DNA of 64,000 nucleotides from NCBI GenBank assembly GCA_051294375.1, contig CM119264.1:14720682-14784681 (forward strand), in the 5' to 3' direction. Position numbers and translations under genes: made by a program. Under the pieces are notes generated by a model, which made no database searches, had not been told where the DNA came from, and saw nothing but the letters and a program-made list of their open reading frames with translations. Origin of the DNA: Paraspadella gotoi. Taxonomy: Eukaryota > Animalia > Chaetognatha. Position 1 is the first letter of the stretch. Every line of letters starts with the position of its first letter. Positions 12,701 to 26,330 of this stretch are shown here, one piece after another.

Positions 12701-13809
12701 TTTACAAGTATACTAATTTTCATTCAATTTTTTTTTGTTTTCCCGTCCAAAAGATTTTTTTAGGTTAGTCCCAAAAGAGCTGGTCCTCCCTGTAGATGAG
12801 GAAATTGCTAGATTTGCATCAATACTTACCCTTGGACTTCTCTGTGTTGAACGGGCTTGTCATCGAGTAAAGTGTCCAGCTCAACGGTTTTGTAGGCAGC
12901 CGTGCCGTACTCGTCTTGAGTCGAATATTGCCCGATCCAAAAGTGGACATCGTATTCCAAATCTTGCTCCCCGGGTTTTTGATAAGTCTGAAAAGTAAAA
13001 CGGCCCAGTTAAAAAAACAAAAAAACAAAAAAACAAAAAAAAAACGAGACACTTCCTAACTTTAAATTCCAGACGCTCTATAAAAATAATTTAAAAAATC
13101 ATATAAAAAACTGTCAATGCGCTGATGAAGGCTTGCACGTCAAAAGCCGAAACATGTACGAATTAAAAACTGTCGTTGTTATAAATAATTCGAATATTTA
13201 CTTACCTCTTGTAATAAAACAATATTTTTTTAGATGAAGTAATGTGTATAAATTTTATTACAATCAGTCTCATGGTTTAAAAGATATTATTTTTTAATCT
13301 CGAGTATTCCGCTAATTCAAACGCAACAAATGAAAGTAAAACAATGCCGGGAAATATTTAGCATTTACTGATTTGGACAACTGATTAAAACATTGTATCC
13401 CGTTTACATTAAGAATGATGTAGGAGTCTCCAGAGTAGAATTCGCCATACTGTTCCTTGGGCCAAGAGACGATTTTGAACTGAACCACGCGCCAGATTTG
13501 AAGTCCAATCTAAGTAGTTAGATGTTAAAATAAAGTCATTAATGGCATTATATCGCCGTCGATGAAATGTTATATTATTTTGTTATCTCGTGGCCGACTC
13601 GTTTTATGTGGTGACTTTCACCAACTGCACGAAATGTGCTGCTCCCTCGTATCCCCCGTTTACCAAAGCCTTACCTTCGTCCCCGCGCCCTTCCAAGCCG
13701 GCTCCGTCTCTGCCGAGTTTTTTTTCACGTTTTTTTCCAAATCTGACCCAAAGAGCGCCATGTTGCTGTCCTTCCAGTCGTATTTCTTGGCCTTTCGAAG
13801 TCCAGCCAT
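9776..13809 (-). CDS. Gelsolin-like actin-severing protein (three-domain, severin/fragmin type)
   Basis: Nine GT-AG exons: 13809-13675, 13509-13408, 12987-12830, 12277-12136, 11433-11321, 10939-10821, 10640-10501, ~10386-10291, ~9865-9776. Translation: [39 protein letters not shown]...[10 protein letters not shown]...[11 protein letters not shown]...[25 protein letters not shown]...QHREVQGHES...DDVFILDLG...[20 protein letters not shown]...FDAVF*. Confidence 0.95.
12340..12792. mobile_element. MITE family A, second copy, in gelsolin intron 3
   Basis: TA|CCGGGGGGTCCAGTTCTAATGGGAC ... GTCCCAAAAGAGCTGGTCCTCCCTG|TA. Internal AAACGTCTGGAAAATCCAACA is the reverse complement of the ~2508-2528 segment of the first copy. 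Confidence 0.8.
13116..13164 (+). ncRNA. Minimal hammerhead ribozyme (PLE type), antisense in gelsolin intron 2
   Basis: CTGATGA-A-GGCTT(gcacgtcaa)AAGCC-GAAA-CATGTA with imperfect stem I (AATGCG/CGAATT). The downstream TCGTTGTTA tail is shared with the 7801 copy. Confidence 0.8.
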
Positions 13810-14217
13810 TTTGGATTTTTGTTTTCTGGTCAGGAAAAGTCAGTGAATTCCAACTCGTTATCTGATCTGAAGCAAAAAGGAAACAGTTGGGGTCAATTTT
13901 AGCGAAGCTTTCTTTCGCAAATCAATTCGATCGGAATGACGAATTCGATCAATAAATGATGAATTGCAGTTTAACGTGGCGAGCTTTTAAAGCTGATTGA
14001 ATTAGAGAAAGGGAACTAGTACAGCAAGTTATCTTCATGCAAAAAATAAATAACTCAACAGATCAGAGAAGAAGAAAACAAAGAAAAGCAGTAAAAGAGT
14101 AAACGAACGTACAAAAAATTGACGCTGGAGATTTGCTTAAAGAAAACTTTGGTAGCATTCTGATTGTTCCACCACGAATCTTGAACGATCTTCCCTCTTT
14201 CTCTCAAACATGTCTCT

Positions 14218-14495
14218 GTGGCGGTATACTCACACCGCCTCACGTCCACCATCGTTCAGCCAAATCCATTGGCTCAGAGGGTGAACACACCATCCCAGGC
14301 GTAGTGTTCCATCCACAGTCCTAACGACTTCCCTCTGCGTTGGCAAAGCGAGACCGTCCTAGGGTAACCGCGCCAGTGACTGGAGGCGTCACTGAGAGTC
14401 GGAAGCCCCCAAAGCCAACAGTGAGATGCCCCATCCCAATGGGCATCATAGGCAACCCGGCTGTTGCCATATCTCCACCTTAAAGTGACTTTAAA
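14218..14495. other. GC-rich multi-hairpin element (candidate ncRNA or TE terminal structure)
   Basis: At least eight short perfect stems in nested arrangement, with GC content clearly above the flanks and no ORF support. Confidence 0.5.
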
Positions 14496-15163
14496 TTCGC
14501 TGCGATAAGTTTTGAGATGTCGACGCGGATTTTTTTATTTATATTAAAATTTATATTATTGAATACGACTGAAAATGTCCTTTTTATTTGCGTGGCAAAA
14601 CCCGAAATATTCGTAAAATGTTTTGGGTAGATCGATTTCTATCTTCGCATCTTGATCGTGTTTTAAATCGAAAATTAAAGCGCATTTCATGTTCCCAACG
14701 TCAAGTTTTATGAGAATGTCTCAGCATGACAAAACGGCCCGCCAGCGGTAGACCAACGAGTAGACCAACTTGTCTTCCGAGAAGATCTTTAGCAGATTTA
14801 AGTAATTAATATTTAGTTAATTCTCAACTTTTAAACACAATTCATTATCTGGCCACAAAATTTTAATGACGTCTAAAAACCGGGAGAACCTGAAAGCGTC
14901 CCTTTCTCGGGCGAATCTCAAGATTGTCGAAGAGTCAATCGGTTTTATTTGTTTAACAATCAAAGCAAAATTATTTATTTGAAGCCCAGAAGTTGTCGAT
15001 TTCTACAATTTTTTTGAAAAGTGTGTTTTTTTTCTGTGACAATTACTTTTATTGTTCAAGAAAGGCTAAAGGATTAATTGAGTTAAAAATTGTCATTCGA
15101 AAATTCAGAAGTAGACGATTGTGTTTTGAAGTGCTGCTTTCCGCGGAGTAAAAAATAAAAAAA

Positions 15164-15167
<4 letters not shown>

Positions 15168-15259
<92 letters not shown>

Positions 15260-15302
15260 GTCCTACTTTAAATGCTACCCGGTGTCAAGCTGATCTTTTG
15301 GG

Positions 15303-15373
<71 letters not shown>
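15168..15373. repeat. Opposed (GA)n and (TC)n microsatellites forming an inverted repeat
   Basis: (GA)n 15168-15255, ~50-nt spacer, (TC)n 15305-15373. Confidence 0.9.
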
Positions 15374-15381
<8 letters not shown>

Positions 15382-16759
15382 TTTATCTTTTCCCCCAATT
15401 ATCACTCGCATGTTTAGTTCCAAGTTTTTGGCAACTAAACACATTCGGTGTTATTTTTGAGGCAAAAATTGTTACTATGTATTAAAACATATATGTAATT
15501 ATTTATTCATGACGGACAAAATTGTGTTTGCTCTGGAGTCTATTCACACAATTCGTATTATTGTCTATGAAATATATAAGAAAAAGAAAGAGTTAATTGA
15601 AATTTAAAAGACTTGGAAAACAAAAGAGCGATGTCGCTTTGCATTCGCAGCCTCTTTTTTTTTTCATTAAAAAAAAGTCGCGAGAGAAAATCGATTGCCG
15701 GTGTTCGTGTTCCGCTAAAACCTCGAAGGGGATTTTGCCACATAAGCCGTTCGTCATTGTTGGCTGTTGTTGTCGTCAAACAGCTCCGACAGACTCGTCG
15801 ATATATATCCTCTGTTAACGCGACGAAATGAATAAAACCCTTTTCTCTTCGTTCGAAGAGCCCGAGTTCGATCCCAAGACCTTAAGGTCTTCTTCAACCT
15901 CCTTGTTAAATGTTATCGCTTTCGAGAAGAGAAAGAAATGAGTCCGATTGATTCAACGCCCAACGCCCACGGATTCGAAGTGTCGAACAAAACACGAGAC
16001 ATGTCGTTTGTTGTGATCGTTATCTCTCTCGCCTTTTTTGACTAGTGATTGTTTTTTGTTTTGTTTTTTGGTTTTGTTATTCATTTCTTTTTTTATGTTG
16101 ACTGAACGTTTTGGGTACGGTGCGAATTTTGATAACAAGCGTATGCTGATTAGTGATTAGTGATTACGGATTTATAGATTAATTCAGTTATTTTCTAAAG
16201 AGGCAATGAATGAATTGCCATATTATTCGATATCATATTAAGCTTAAAAACGCTTCTCGAGGAGCGAGTGGCGCGATTCGAAAACCTCGAAAAAACCACA
16301 GAGTAAAAAAACTAAAAATACGTTTATAAGACAGAAAAGAATCGCTGATAGGGAAGGGAGGTGGAGAAGAAATTTTTGTTCACTCTCTTCCATTCGAAAG
16401 GCTGGGCAGCAACTTTGTTTGCAGAGTGGAGTCGGCGTTGGAAACCGAGTCGCAAAATTTGCGAAAAGCAGCGCAAAAAAAAGTAGATAAAGAAAAACTG
16501 CATGAAGGAACGAATGACAAATTTAGCTCGAGTGCATTAGTCATGAATAATACTTACCACTTGTGATCCACGTACATGTCAACTATACCTTGGGCTAAGC
16601 AGATTATTTGGAGGTTTTTGTCCTTTTTTCTTTCGTTGTTCTTTTTTTTTCACTTTTCCTTCCCGATTTTTCTGAGCTCATTCGCAAAACTTTTCGTTGT
16701 GACTATTAATGTAAATTATTTTAGTTTTTTTAATTATTTCAACTTATTTGACTTTTTAG

Positions 16760-18513
<1,754 letters not shown>

Positions 18514-18514
18514 T

Positions 18515-18775
18515 GAAATGAAATTGGTACAACCAATATAAAATTTATCCACCCATTTAATAAACAAGCCATCTTGCCCCCGACTTTGGACAGGCCCTGG
18601 TGGTTTAAGGCCTCCATCACTCTTACAAGATAATGACATAGCAGGTCCCTGCAAGCTCTCAATCAAGACTCTCTCACAATCTCGCCCATTCACTCCCAGA
18701 GCACCTGGCCTCCCCACCAATGAAGTGGAAAATATTTCAAAGAATGTTTCAATTGTATGAAAAGACCACTCCCTT
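18515..18775. repeat. Dispersed repeat family C
   Basis: ATGAAATTGGTACAACCAATATAA and ATCTTGCCC...TGGTGGTTTAAGG.CTCCATCA segments recur at ~7902-7990, ~26755-26780 and reverse-complemented at ~51250-51276. Confidence 0.6.
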
Positions 18776-20530
18776 AAGTATTAGATCGGGGAATACTTAT
18801 TGTACTCCGCACTATATATTCGTCCTTTTCGCGTCAAGATAATCTTTTATTGGAGAAATATTCCCTGGCAACGTCGCAGCGCATGGAGAAGAATTTAAAT
18901 TTGCTGTTCGAATGAGAGCGGGAGAGCGACGCCGAAAGAAGAGTGGAAGAGAGAGATAAACTTATCCCTCCTCCTTTATTCTTTGATCTCTCGTGAAAAT
19001 CAAACGTTGCATAAGAATGAAAGCAAATAAAGGACTGATTTGGAATATTTAATTCCTTGAAAGTGGTGGTGGAATCTTTAGTTTCAAAGCTTTCAGGGAG
19101 TTACAACGATTGAGATAATGGACGAGTTTTAGTCATTTAACTTATGAAAAAAAAATGTTTGTTTTTATTTTTTATAAAGACTATAAAAGTCGAAGTTCAT
19201 TATTTGAAATCCGTTTATCATTCCAGACAGGGCCAAACAAAACGGCAATCAAATCGCGCCGCGCGAAGAACCCTCCATCTCTGTAGCGCCGCGGCGGATC
19301 AGCGAATCGCGTCCAAAATCTGGGAAGAAGGGAAACATGGACGCCATTTTCACAGTCTCAAATGGAATCACAAGTTTGTGACCGTTTTTGAGTCATATAT
19401 TGAACCCTTTCCAGTATCAGGAACTGATGAGGTTGTAAGTTATGTGCAAAAATTATTCGCTTAAAATTCTTTTTTTGCAGATGGTGGTACCGCAGCAGAG
19501 GGTGCAGTATTTATCGGAAAGCCTTTGCCAAATCCGTAATTCGTCCAATCAGTAATAATAATGTAGTTTGTATGATGTAAAATATTTATCGCAATAAAAC
19601 CCGTCCACCTGGGTTTTCCGATGCCCAGTTGTTTCGGTACATTTGGTTTTAGCGCCGCCGTTGAGACACCAGTGAAAAAACAAAAGGGATTTTATCAAGT
19701 CGCAGATTCTATCATTTCCTGGTGAGTAAAAACCTTTGTTGAAAAATTGTGAATGATTATGATTTTTATTTAGTTAATTTATCATTTTTTACTTTAATTT
19801 TTTCAGAAGAAACGGTTAAAAAAGAACGATTTTAGAAGTCATTACGTCAAAATCTATATTCATTTATTTGACACGCTTCAGTGACTCACCCATGACTAGC
19901 AATTCGGACTCGGAATCGCAATTGGGAAGGGGGCGTCGTCTTCAAGCCTGGAAGGCGCAGGTTCATCGCAATCCGCTCGCCACCGGTTGATGTCATAGCA
20001 GTAACGACTTTCAACAACCCTCGTCATTGGACGCTTAACAGTATCTGCGCAGTATTTTTACGCGTGAACTCGTGTTTTTAAAATACAACAATTACAATCA
20101 TATTCATAATGCTCTGATTGTAAATGTCGCATTAAAATTAAATTCAAGGCGATGTTTTTCGATTAGGAAATTCATTATATCAATATATAGTATATACATA
20201 GTAAAGATACCCTTGCTGTTTGTGAAAATAATTTCTCCTCCGGAAAACAATATTTCGTAAGTAAAGTTTTTAATTTATTAATATCAATATGTTTTTCCTC
20301 GCCCATGTCTCAAGCTTCATTTAAATAACCAGTTTATTAATTGTCAAGTAATAACTTTAATATCAAAATTCGAGCATACATATTACATAATGTATGACGG
20401 TAGAACGATGGAAATTAACAAAATAGTAAGAGGCGGAGGTGTTTAGTCTCAAACACAATTGTGATTGCCCGATTCCCCTATAAACCAATAGAATATGTAT
20501 CATCGTCTCCATTCACATTGATTGTTCTTT

Positions 20531-21619
20531 TTAATCTCCAATCGATCTTTCGTCTCTTGACGCCACGCCCACTTTTTTTGCGGCAATGAGTTTTTCGGTC
20601 GATCGAGTTATCGTAGTCGTCGTCGTCGCAGTCGCCGACGCGGCTGCAGCGGAACTTACACTGTTCCACCGCCGCTTCAGCCGCCGTTCGACGACGCAGA
20701 GAAACGTTCCTGGAAATTCCGCCGAGAAGACGCCGACGAAGTCAGAATCGTGAAGGATGGAGGGAAGAAAGAATGAGCGACGCCAGACTCGGTCGGCGTC
20801 GGCGGAAGTTCTTCCCTTTTCGCTCCGCGGGCCTTTCGTCAAGTTCCGACGCCCCGAGTTTGAGATCCTCCCCAAAACGTCGACGATGATTGGTGCTCCG
20901 CTGTCCTCGAACATGACTATCCTGCTCCCGTCTCTCCTACCCCAACCCATCTTCGACGTCTTCAACGTCCTGCGCATCGACTTTGGGTCCCCGACGACCA
21001 CGCGCGCCTCGGAGCCGGCGCCAGAAAGGCGGTAGACGAAGTGGGGACGCACCGCGCGGAACGATTCGAAGTCGAGCCCGTCCAAAACGCGGAAGAGGCC
21101 TTCGAGATCGTCGGCGAAGACTCCCAGGCGCCGGACCGAAGTCAACAGGCGACGAAGGCTGAGCGAGGGTAGATGCCTGGCCGAAGAATTAGCATTGGCG
21201 CTCAGGTTGACGGAGGAGTTAAGGTAAGACGCCAAAAGTCCGAGGCCGCCGCCGCCGATGTCATCGTCGCTTCCTTCGCTCTCGTCCAAAGCGTCCTCCG
21301 TCAACACGAGCGTAAGTCCCGCGGCGTGACACCGACGCACCACCGCCGTCCACGATTTAGCCCGCCGGTGGTGAAGGAGAGCCACGCCCAGGCTCTTCAA
21401 CTCGGCGGAGACAAGTCCCAAATCCGAATTCAGTTTTTGGAGGGAGGCGTGGTTGCGTTGCGCGGCGACGACGTACAAGACGCTGACGAAGACGAAGATG
21501 ATGACGACGAGGAGACTGCGTCGGAGAAGCGAGGAGGCCGTCGAGGACGAAGCGACGAGGATTTCCGGGGAAGGCTCCGCCTCCGCCTCCAACAGCGGAT
21601 CCTCCTTCCCATTCAGCAT
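20531..21619 (-). CDS. Intronless type II membrane protein (362 aa), possibly a degenerate LicD/fukutin-related protein
   Basis: Long GC-rich ORF with an N-terminal TM (LLVVIIFVFVSVLYVVAA) and a coiled stem. Later segments loosely parallel LicD/FKRP (RCHAAGLTLVL, LGVFADD, IIVDVL, FFLP..DFVG....FP....VVER....W). Family assignment is tentative. Confidence 0.7.
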   Translation of the reverse strand: MLNGKEDPLLEAEAEPSPEILVASSSTASSLLRRSLLVVIIFVFVSVLYVVAAQRNHASLQKLNSDLGLVSAELKSLGVALLHHRRAKSWTAVVRRCHAAGLTLVLTEDALDESEGSDDDIGGGGLGLLASYLNSSVNLSANANSSARHLPSLSLRRLLTSVRRLGVFADDLEGLFRVLDGLDFESFRAVRPHFVYRLSGAGSEARVVVGDPKSMRRTLKTSKMGWGRRDGSRIVMFEDSGAPIIVDVLGRISNSGRRNLTKGPRSEKGRTSADADRVWRRSFFLPSILHDSDFVGVFSAEFPGTFLCVVERRLKRRWNSVSSAAAASATATTTTTITRSTEKLIAAKKVGVASRDERSIGD

Positions 21620-22649
21620 TTCGCGTTTTTATCGACGACTTTTTTGTTATTTTTTTCATTTATTAGTTCCTTCCTTTTTTTTTTTTTTTGTTGCTAAAGC
21701 TTTTTTCAATCGCTTTCAAGTTTTATCGGTAAAGGTTTTCTCTGAGGGTTGTCAGTTGATAAAGGTTCAATCAGGATCTCCGATAATTGGGTTCTTAATT
21801 AGATGAAAAATAATAGCACGAACGGCATTGTTTCGACACTGTTGCGATCGTGTTTTGCGGTAGTGATAAGTTTAAGTTTTAGAAGTTTAGGAATTAAAAA
21901 AAAATTATATTTAAAATTCGTCATTAAAAAAATATACCATGAAACAAAATTAATTTATAAAATTGAAAGTACGTAAAATCTAGAGTAAGCGAACATTTAT
22001 GATTTATTATTAAATTCTTATCGAACGCGAAGAACAAACATCGGGACATAGTCGGCAAAGTCTCTTCTGCCAAAATCTTAGAACTTGGTTTCGAGTCAAA
22101 GTTTTGGTTGAAACACATTCGAGCAGAAGACGTCGTTTTGAACTCTTTCCCCCGCCTAATTTCTTTGTTGAGGCGACTCATCGGTTTTAACTTATTTGCA
22201 ATTACAGCCGCGTCCCTGATATTCCGAACCGATGTTAAGTCATAGAACTTCGTTTCAGGTTAATCGAGAGGTTCTTTGGAATAGAAGCAGCGTCGCTGCA
22301 GCCCGACAGCCACCGCTGCGTCAGAACCAGCGGCAGCAGCGACGGGGGAAAGGAATTGGTAGGTAGGTTCGACGCGGGAGAGATAAAAAAAAACAAAAAA
22401 AAAACCAAGTTTTGAATGTTTGTCCTCGGAGCGAAGAGAGATTTTAAATTATTGAAGTCAATTGAGAACGAGACGCTCCATTTGAATTGTGGATGAAGAG
22501 GAGGCCATTGATTTTTGAGTTTAATCGGAACCGCGACTTTGACGCTAATTTGAAAGATGTGTTGCAAATGAGAAGCGAAGAATTTTGACAGCGAAAGGGA
22601 ATGATGGCTCAATCAATCAACCAATCGTTTTCCGCATAAAAATATAGAA

Positions 22650-22743
<94 letters not shown>

Positions 22744-22934
22744 CTCTCTCTCTCTCTCTCAGATAAGTAATCAAGAATAATTCTCAAATGTCCCCAGAGC
22801 ATATAATATCTTAAGTACTAAATTTTTTTTCTCTCTTCTTGAAGCAAAATTCTGGACGTTTATTTATTAAAGTAAAGAAACTTTTTTAATGATCATAAAA
22901 TTTCCTTTTCAATAAAAAACTATTAAACTATTAA

Positions 22935-23145
22935 CTGACTGAGAGGAGAGAGGGTCGCCAAGTCACTCTGTGAGTCTGGTAGATTTTTCCGTCATTTGCC
23001 TTGATTTCCGTCGGAAGGCTTGCTACCTGTGGTTTAACCGGCCCGTCACTCATTTTGCAAGGAATATTCCGACCAGGGATAGAACCCGAGACCATTGGAG
23101 CGTTAGCCCAGTGCACTGTTATGGCGCTGATGGAAGGAACCGTCG
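22935..23145 (-). mobile_element. tRNA-derived SINE-like element
   Basis: The minus strand has a degenerate tRNA-like head with B-box GGTTCTATCCC (plus-strand 23076-23086) in a T-arm context, followed by a GC-richer body. Confidence 0.55.
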
Positions 23146-23690
23146 TATCCAACGGGTAATGATATTTCATCACTACAAAATCATTATATATTTATTACTC
23201 ATTATTACTCAAAAGTATTGAAATTCATATACAGTCAAGATCATTCTCAAGATAACATTTTTTTTGAATTGGAAAAAAAAATATTAAGATTTGCAAATTT
23301 AAAAAAAATGAGAAAAATCATTACTCAAAAATTACCAAATGTTACGAGAAATCAGAAACGCCATTGACTATTATTTAGGATTTTTTTTTCAAACATTCGT
23401 TATTTGAGTCAGCGCAATTGGTATTGCCCGACGTCTTCAATTTACCTTTGCCACAACACGTTGACCTCGAAATCATTTCCTCTTCTCGTTACGACGTTAA
23501 GCGAAAGTAATCGATCGATCCATTTGAGCGCGAAAGAAACTCACAAATGTGACTCCCGCACATCTCGCAAAGTCTTTTCTGCATTCGTCGCTCGCAAAGT
23601 CGCCACTTTTGTCTCAGTGACGCAAGTTGGTCCAAATTCGCTTCTCATTTTCGCAAACGAGAGAGTTTTACGATTGCCCAGCGCCCACAG

Positions 23691-23817
23691 TGACGTCAGC
23701 GTGAGAAAGAAAAGGACATTATGTGTTTTGGATAGTATTTATATCGTTTGGTTAAAAAAAAACAAAGTTATTAAAATCGATAATATTATAAAAAAATTTT
23801 AAGATTTCTTATAAAAG
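23691..23817 (+). promoter_or_regulatory. CRE (TGACGTCA) and TATA-like box upstream of the peptide precursor
   Basis: Palindromic TGACGTCA at 23691-23698, TGACGCAA near 23618, and TATAAAAG at 23810-23817. Confidence 0.4.
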
Positions 23818-23996
23818 CAAAAAAGCGGATTATGTCTATTGTCTATACATGATGCTATTGATCGAAGCACTGTGCCGAATCACGTCAAAAAAGGGGTCTA
23901 CAAAAGGCGCGTCTGGCGAAGAATGGCTTCAAATCGTTGGTGTTTTCTGCCGCGAAAAGTCGAGACGAGCTTCAGATCTTCTACTTCAGAACCTCA

Positions 23997-24551
23997 ATGA
24001 AAATGACGCGCATCTCCGCTTCTATGAGCGTCGTCATCGCCGTCGTCCTCGCGCTTTTTATGACGTCAATGGCGGATTCCAGAAAATTCGAAATCAGCGA
24101 TCGACAGGTCATTGAAAGATTGAAGAATCATAAAGAAATTAATAAGAAAACTTATTAACTTATTTAGCTTTGATTCCTTTTATTTTCGATATCATGAGTA
24201 TGTTTTGGAAAGTCGTAATTTCAACCTTTTTTTTTTTTGAGTAGGACGAATCAAAATCAAATCGAAAAAAAAAATTAACGAACCTATTCAAAATTTATTT
24301 TGAATATTAAATTATAATTATAATTATATTAAATCTGTTCGACCTTTAGCTGCAACACGCAATAAACATCTTGGTTCGTTTGTTGTCACAAGAAGCTCCA
24401 CTGAATGCGCCTTTGCCGGCAGAGCGTCAACCTTCTCTTCCGTTTCTGTTCAACCAACGATTTAGAGAAGAACTTCCCAGGTAAAACTTATGGGTTTCCA
24501 TCTCATCAATTTCATGTCGTTTCGGTTGAAAGTTTAAAGAATCGATGGATG

Positions 24552-24582
<31 letters not shown>

Positions 24583-25262
24583 CTTGTAGTTTAAATACGC
24601 TGTGTTAACATATAAAGACTTTCATATCTACGCCGTATTATTCATTTGAGAATCAGCAAAAAAACAAGAACAAAAACAAAAGGACATCTTCCTTCCGATC
24701 TTTTCATCTTTACTGCCACGCCCTCTTCGAGTTTTTTTTTTTTTTTTTTTTTTTCAAAACCGCCCACTTGCAACTAATTTTCTGTCACTTTGACGAAAAA
24801 ACCTTTTTCGCCTTCAGAACCTTTTAGTTCTACACTGCGGCCACTTTTTCACATATATAGAAAAACAATCTTTTATCATCAGTCAGAAAAAAGTATCATC
24901 AACATAACCTCAAAAATCACCTTTTCCCAATTCCGTTTTCAGACTTTAAAGTATTGCTGTATTCAACTGCCTGAACAATTTTTTTTTTCACCAATCGATA
25001 GATTTTTTAAAAAGCTATACTTTTTATAAATATTTTCTCAAAATTAAAAAAGAAATAGTGGGGTATTTAAAGCTAACAAGCTAACAAGCTAACAAGCATT
25101 GTATTCCAAATCAATCCTCCCTTTTCTATTCCTTTTCATAGACGCGCCCCCTCGAAACGCGTTCTCGGCTCCGGAAATCTCGACTTCCTCAACGACGGCG
25201 ACGGCGACGCCCAAATTCCAGTTCCATCGCCGGAATCTCGCGGTCTCGGCAATCTCGGTTAA
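23997..25262 (+). CDS. Secreted prepropeptide, candidate amidated neuropeptide precursor (120 aa)
   Basis: Exons 23997-24107, 24350-24480, 25142-25262 (GT-AG, phases 0 and 2): MKMTRISASMSVVIAVVLALFMTSMADS-RK-FEISDRQLQHAINILVRLLSQEAPLNAPLPAERQPSLPFLFNQRFREELP-RR-APS-KR-VLGSGNLDFLNDGDGDAQIPVPSPESRGLGNL-G*. Confidence 0.75.
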
Positions 25263-25702
25263 CGAGCCGGAGGGATTTGTTAAGGGAAAGACGAACTGAC
25301 CCGATGGACGTATATGTGAACTGGCAAAGGATTCGATTGATGACGAAACGACGTAAATTATGTATCTCTTCGCTTTAAAATGCGATATTCGTGTTTTTGC
25401 AATAATCTTTATACGAGGTTTTTATTAAGATATACGAAATAATTACGAAAGAAATAAATCCATTACGTTTGAAGCTCGTTTTTTAGCAATTGTCAAAATT
25501 GCGGTTATGACTTTTATTTTTACGTGTCTAAAAGTAAATAAATAAGAATCGACTGATCTCAACTTAAAAATCATTGAATAATAGTTTATTCGTCGATAAC
25601 GTTAGCAAACCCTCTCATCTTCAATGCGATGCAATGCGATACTAATTATTTTTACTGTTCATTATGTTGTACTCAACCGTCCGTATTTATTTTGATTATA
25701 CT

Positions 25703-25819
25703 TTAAGGGAGAAAACAAAGTTTTTACAAGCAACGTGTTTTAATGACAATTGGACAATGGACATGTTTCGACTCTCACATTGCGCTGTAAACGAAAACCA
25801 ACTTTGTTTTCTCTCTTAA
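25703..25819 (-). mobile_element. Short PLE-end remnant with half hammerhead and inverted tail
   Basis: Minus strand GAGTCGAAACATGTCC (25759-25774) is identical to the 3' half of the 7801 hammerhead. It is flanked by the inverted repeat TTAAGGGAGAAAACAAAGTT / AACTTTGTTTTCTCTCTTAA. Confidence 0.65.
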
Positions 25820-26330
25820 TTTTAAACGCAACGACTTTAAAGTTATACGCATTGTATTATGTAAATTATGTGAATTATACACAATGAATATGCTTTATAA
25901 TAAAAGCAATCATGAATTAAACAAACGCTTTACTTATTGAAATATTAGTGACAATTCATTATCCATATGTAATCCGGTTTAGTGAGCACAAAACAGTAAT
26001 TTAGATCAATCGAACAGAAAAAAAACAGGAAAAACAAAAAATATCCCCAACGGAACAAGAAGATGAAAAGAAGAATGACCCTGAAAGCTTCAATCAATTT
26101 TCTTTTGTCCAGCGATGGAAACGGATGGACCGACGGACAGTGGAAACAAATGGACAGCGACGACGAACATCCGTTGGACGGAGGAGAAAAAAAAAATATT
26201 TTTTTTCTCAACCGTCTGGGGTGGAGACTGGAGAGGTCAGAGAGGTCTGGGCTTGACACAAAAAAAAGAGCTGGTTTCTGTGAGGACTGCTCGAACAATT
26301 AGCTGGTTGTACTTACGACCCATAAAAAGT

